Shown here one piece after another: positions 60,311 to 64,000 of a stretch of DNA of 64,000 nucleotides. Location of the stretch: contig CBDFKD010000002.1 of the NCBI GenBank assembly GCA_965248695.1, forward strand, positions 512,001 through 576,000, read 5' to 3'. How positions within the stretch are numbered: the stretch's first letter is position 1; each line of letters begins with the position of its first letter. Position numbers and translations under genes: made by a program. The DNA is from Acidobacteriota bacterium (GTDB taxonomy: Bacteria; Acidobacteriota; UBA890; WLXD01). Under the pieces are notes generated by a model. That model was not told where the DNA came from and ran no database searches. It saw only the letters and a program-made list of their open reading frames with translations.

Positions 60311-61596
60311 GCCCACCGAGCGAGCTAGCGCCGCGCCGAGAGCTGTTCGCGTGGTGCACTTTCGACTTCGCGAACTCGGGCTATACGACCGTCATCATCA
60401 CCGCCGTCTACAACGTCTACTTCGTAACCGTGGTGGCTGGGAATCGACCGGCGGCCACGCTTGCCTGGACAGCGGCGCTTTCGGTCTCGTACCTACTCGT
60501 GCTGATCAGTGCCCCGATACTCGGCGCCATCGCCGACCACTCGGCGTCGAGGAAGCGGCTATTGGTGTGGACCACCAGCCTCTGTGTCCTGGCGACGGCG
60601 GCGCTGGTCACCACCGGACCGGGTGACATCTGGCTTGCCGCCGGCCTGATCATCGTGTCGAACACCTTCTACGCGGCGGGCGAGAACCTGATCGCCGCCT
60701 TCTTGCCCGAGCTGGCTCCCCCGGAAGACGTCGGCAAGCTGTCCGGCTACGGCTGGGCCTGGGGATACATCGGAGGCCTGGTAGCGCTGGCGCTGTGCCT
60801 GTTCTATCTGCGCTACGCGGTCGCTGGCGGCGCGTCCGAGTCAGAGGTGGTGCCATATACGGCGTTGATCGTCGCCGGCGTCTTCGGAGTGGCGGTGTTG
60901 CCGACGTTCCTTTGGCTCCGCGAGCCGCGCGACCGCGGCGAGCTGGGAAGCGCCGCGGACTATGTCCGGGTCGGATTTGCGCGTGTCGGGAGCACGCTCC
61001 GGGAAGCACGTCGATTCACCGATCTGTTTCGCCTGCTGCTGTGCATCGGTGCCTACAGCGCTGGGGTGACGGTGGTGAGCACCGTCGCCGGGGTCTACGC
61101 GCAGCAGGTCCTGCGGCTCACTCAAGTGGAGACCATATCGCTGCTCGTGGTCGTCAACCTGAGCGCCGCCGGCGGCGCCTTCGCCTTCGGATTCGTGCAG
61201 GACCGATTCGGCTCCAAGCAGACCATCGCAGCCACCCTGGTGCTGTGGAGCGCGACCACGCTGGGCGCGGCGTTCGTCGAGACCCGCACGCACCTGTTCC
61301 TCATCGGGAACATGGCGGGCATCGCGATCGGATCGAGCCAGTCGGCCGGCCGCGCCATGGTCGCGTTGTTCACACCGCCCTCCAAGACAGCCGAGTTCTT
61401 CGGGCTCTGGGGGATGGCCGTCAAGGCGGCCTCCATTCTCGGGCCGTTGACCTACGGGGTCACCAACTACGTCACCGCATCGCATCGCATTGCGGTCGCT
61501 ATCACGACGGTCTTTTTCGTCGCCGGCCTGGCGCTGCTGTGGGGAATCGACGAAGACCGCGGCCGGCAGGTGGCCCGCGCCTACCCCGACGGGTGA
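60307..61596 (+). CDS. MFS transporter (UMF1/BtlA-like); start uncertain
   Basis: W..FDFANS, P.LGAIAD, SG.GW..GY.GG, EFFGL. Confidence 0.9.
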   Translation: MSPPSELAPRRELFAWCTFDFANSGYTTVIITAVYNVYFVTVVAGNRPAATLAWTAALSVSYLLVLISAPILGAIADHSASRKRLLVWTTSLCVLATAALVTTGPGDIWLAAGLIIVSNTFYAAGENLIAAFLPELAPPEDVGKLSGYGWAWGYIGGLVALALCLFYLRYAVAGGASESEVVPYTALIVAGVFGVAVLPTFLWLREPRDRGELGSAADYVRVGFARVGSTLREARRFTDLFRLLLCIGAYSAGVTVVSTVAGVYAQQVLRLTQVETISLLVVVNLSAAGGAFAFGFVQDRFGSKQTIAATLVLWSATTLGAAFVETRTHLFLIGNMAGIAIGSSQSAGRAMVALFTPPSKTAEFFGLWGMAVKAASILGPLTYGVTNYVTASHRIAVAITTVFFVAGLALLWGIDEDRGRQVARAYPDG

Positions 61597-64000
61597 GGCG
61601 GCCCGGCTGCAACGACTCGGTTGCGGCCGCCCGACTTGGCTTGGTACATCGCCTCATCGGCGCGCTTGAGTAGATCCTCGGCAATCGAATCGTCGTAGCG
61701 CGACGGCGAGGACAGCGTCGCCACGCCGACCGAGATGGTGACCGACAGGTCGTTGCCATCGAATCCGATACGCTCCGCCTCGACCTCGGAACGGAGCTTC
61801 TCGGCGAGGAACCGGGCGCCTTCCGCTCCGGTGTTGGGCAACAGGATGGCAAACTCCTCGCCGCCGAACCGCGCCGGAAGGTCGGTAGCGCGAACGGTCT
61901 GCGCCAGCCCGCGGGCCACGAGGCGCAGGACCTCGTCACCAGCAGCGTGACCGAAGCGGTCGTTGACTGCCTTGAAGCGATCCAGGTCAAGAACCAGCAG
62001 CGACAGGTGCTGGTCGGTGGGGACGCGCGTCAGCTTGCGCAGCTCACGCTCCAGGCTGTCGAGAAAGAAACGCCGGTTCGGTAGGCCGGTGAGCTCGTCG
62101 GTGGTGGCCATGCGCTCGAGCTGGGCGTTTTTCTCCACCAGTTCACGGGTGCGCGCGTCGACCATGCGGCGGAGTCGGCGACGATCGTGCTCGACGTGCC
62201 GTAGCCGGCCCCTGAACAACACCGCGACAGCTGCCAGGGCCACCAGGGCAAGTGCGGTGCGGAACCAGATCGTCTCCCAGAGCTCGGGCCGTACCACGAA
62301 GCGCACCCTTGCCGGCTCGTGGCTCCACAATCCGCTCTCGTTGATCGCCTGCAGCTCGAATGTGTAGTCGCCTGGAGGAAGGTCTACGAACGCCACCCGG
62401 CGCTCCTCGGTCGGACGCGACCAGTTGTCAGATCGTCCGATCAGGCGGTACTGGAAACGGGTGCTCGATTCATCTCGATAGGACAACGCGCTGTATGCGA
62501 TCGTGACGTCGTTGCGATCCGGAGGCAAATCCGCAAGGGTCGACTCGTTCGCCGGTTCGCCGTCCACCAGGACACGACGAATCACAGCCGCGGGCGGCAC
62601 CGTGGCCGCGACGCGGACACCGGGATGGAACACGGTCAGCCCTGCCGGTGTACCGAACCAAAGGCGACCATCGTCGCCGGCGACGGCGGCGCCCGGATTG
62701 CCGGCAGCGGCGATCAGGCCATCTCGAAGATCGTAGTGGGACACTCCGCGGGCCGGATCCCAGCGATCAAGTCCGCGATTGGTGTACATCCAGACTCGGC
62801 CCTGGCGATCGACGACGATCTGGTTCACGAAGTCGCTGGCCAGCCCATTACCATCGCGCGTGAGCGTCGCGGTGCTCCCGTCGGGAAGGAAGCGGACGGC
62901 ACCGTGACCGTTTGTGGCCGCCCACACACTTCCGTCCGGAGCCGGCGCCAGCGACCACACCGGCGACCGCTGCCAGTCTTCCGCTCTGTCTGGACGCACG
63001 AAACCGCCGTCGACCTGTACCCACACACCTCGATCGCGAGTACCGACCCACAAGCGTCCTCGGCTGTCGTTCACGAGGGCTGTCACCGGTGCGTCGGCGA
63101 GCCGCTGACCGGCAGGCGCCGGCGCGATTCGATCACCGCTCACGCGATGCAATCCATTGTCGGTGCCCACCCATACGGCGCCGCCGTGACGTCGGAGCGC
63201 ACGCACGGCCGGACCGCGAACCAAGCGCGGATCGCCCCCACGCGGCGCCCGCAACAAGCCGCGCGTCGTCCCGACGAGCAACTCGTCGGCAGTGGCCACC
63301 AGCGCCGTGATCTGACCCGCGGCGCCAGCGTTGATATCCAGCTCGAGGTTCGGCGGCTGGCTGCCGCTCAACGAAACGATCCCAGCTCGAGTCGCTGCCC
63401 AGACGGTACCGCCCGGGTCCGTATCGAGCGCTACGATGAAGTTCCCGGGCATGCCGTGGGCGGTCGTGAAGGTGGCGAAGCTCGAGGTCACGAGCTTGGC
63501 AGCACCGCCGTCGGTCCCGAACCAGGCGTTGCCTTCGTGATCTACCAGCACGGCGTTGACGCGGTCATCACCGATCCCGGCGCGGGCATCCAACACCTCG
63601 ACCACCGGCAATCGGACGTGGATCGCGCCGCGATCGGTACCGAACCAAAGGCTGCCGTCCGGCGACCGCGTGGCGCCGAGAACGTGCCTACTCCGAGCCT
63701 CGGTCAAGGGGTCGAGGTGATTGCCAACGAGCCGGTACAAGCCCCGATCGGTTCCCACCCATAGCGCGCCGCCGTCGTCGACCACGAGCACCGTGACCGC
63801 GGCGCCGGCCGGCAAGCCGACTTCTTCGCGGCGCAGCTGCTCGCGGTGCCATCGGTACAAGCCGCCAGCGCCACCGACCCACGTTCGGGACGAGCGATCC
63901 ACCGCGATCGCCGAGCAACAACCCGGCGGCACTGCAGCCTCCGGTACAGCGCGGCGTGCTCCCTCCGGGGCGGTCGTGACCAACCCGCGCGTGGTAGCAA
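61581..64000 (-). CDS. Diguanylate cyclase with beta-propeller and Y_Y_Y sensor; 5' end outside the window
   Basis: W.GT..GL propeller repeats, LPPGDYTF.L.A, TM, DELTGLPNRR, RFGGEEF. Confidence 0.93.
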   Translation of the reverse strand, partial: ATTRGLVTTAPEGARRAVPEAAVPPGCCSAIAVDRSSRTWVGGAGGLYRWHREQLRREEVGLPAGAAVTVLVVDDGGALWVGTDRGLYRLVGNHLDPLTEARSRHVLGATRSPDGSLWFGTDRGAIHVRLPVVEVLDARAGIGDDRVNAVLVDHEGNAWFGTDGGAAKLVTSSFATFTTAHGMPGNFIVALDTDPGGTVWAATRAGIVSLSGSQPPNLELDINAGAAGQITALVATADELLVGTTRGLLRAPRGGDPRLVRGPAVRALRRHGGAVWVGTDNGLHRVSGDRIAPAPAGQRLADAPVTALVNDSRGRLWVGTRDRGVWVQVDGGFVRPDRAEDWQRSPVWSLAPAPDGSVWAATNGHGAVRFLPDGSTATLTRDGNGLASDFVNQIVVDRQGRVWMYTNRGLDRWDPARGVSHYDLRDGLIAAAGNPGAAVAGDDGRLWFGTPAGLTVFHPGVRVAATVPPAAVIRRVLVDGEPANESTLADLPPDRNDVTIAYSALSYRDESSTRFQYRLIGRSDNWSRPTEERRVAFVDLPPGDYTFELQAINESGLWSHEPARVRFVVRPELWETIWFRTALALVALAAVAVLFRGRLRHVEHDRRRLRRMVDARTRELVEKNAQLERMATTDELTGLPNRRFFLDSLERELRKLTRVPTDQHLSLLVLDLDRFKAVNDRFGHAAGDEVLRLVARGLAQTVRATDLPARFGGEEFAILLPNTGAEGARFLAEKLRSEVEAERIGFDGNDLSVTISVGVATLSSPSRYDDSIAEDLLKRADEAMYQAKSGGRNRVVAAGPPHPSG

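Overview
GC-rich bacterial DNA, probably Acidobacteriota (inferred from an ADOP-type permease next to PadR). 1-34.6 kb is host metabolism and transport: acnA, peptidases, GGT, an osmoprotectant ABC system and a compact paaA-D-B-C-Zn-ribbon cluster. It also holds the most unusual locus, at 24.5-28.7 kb: an ECF sigma factor, a zf-HC2 anti-sigma factor, a secreted 8-Cys mini-peptide, a translationally adjacent CPFC redoxin and two stand-alone zf-HC2 mini-proteins, with a divergent GAFTGA activator carrying an AraC-like tail. About 34.6-56.6 kb is an incomplete, partly scrambled siphovirus-type prophage: capsid E, tail genes with a candidate G/GT frameshift, truncated tape measure, ImmA/XRE, a host-like nfo, CI, YqaJ/RecT, RuvC, ParB, a C4-type antisense RNA switch, an iteron-bearing replication gene, DnaB, xis and int. 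The phage DNA replaces the middle of a probable glycosyltransferase gene in a response regulator-HEAT-GT-YaiO-phosphatase-lipid kinase operon. The right end carries hisN, an HD-GYP regulator, an MFS transporter and a propeller-GGDEF protein. Many genes have single frameshifts, and several junctions look chimeric, so assembly error has to be excluded for the structural claims. Product calls come from motif recognition only; no database searches were run.
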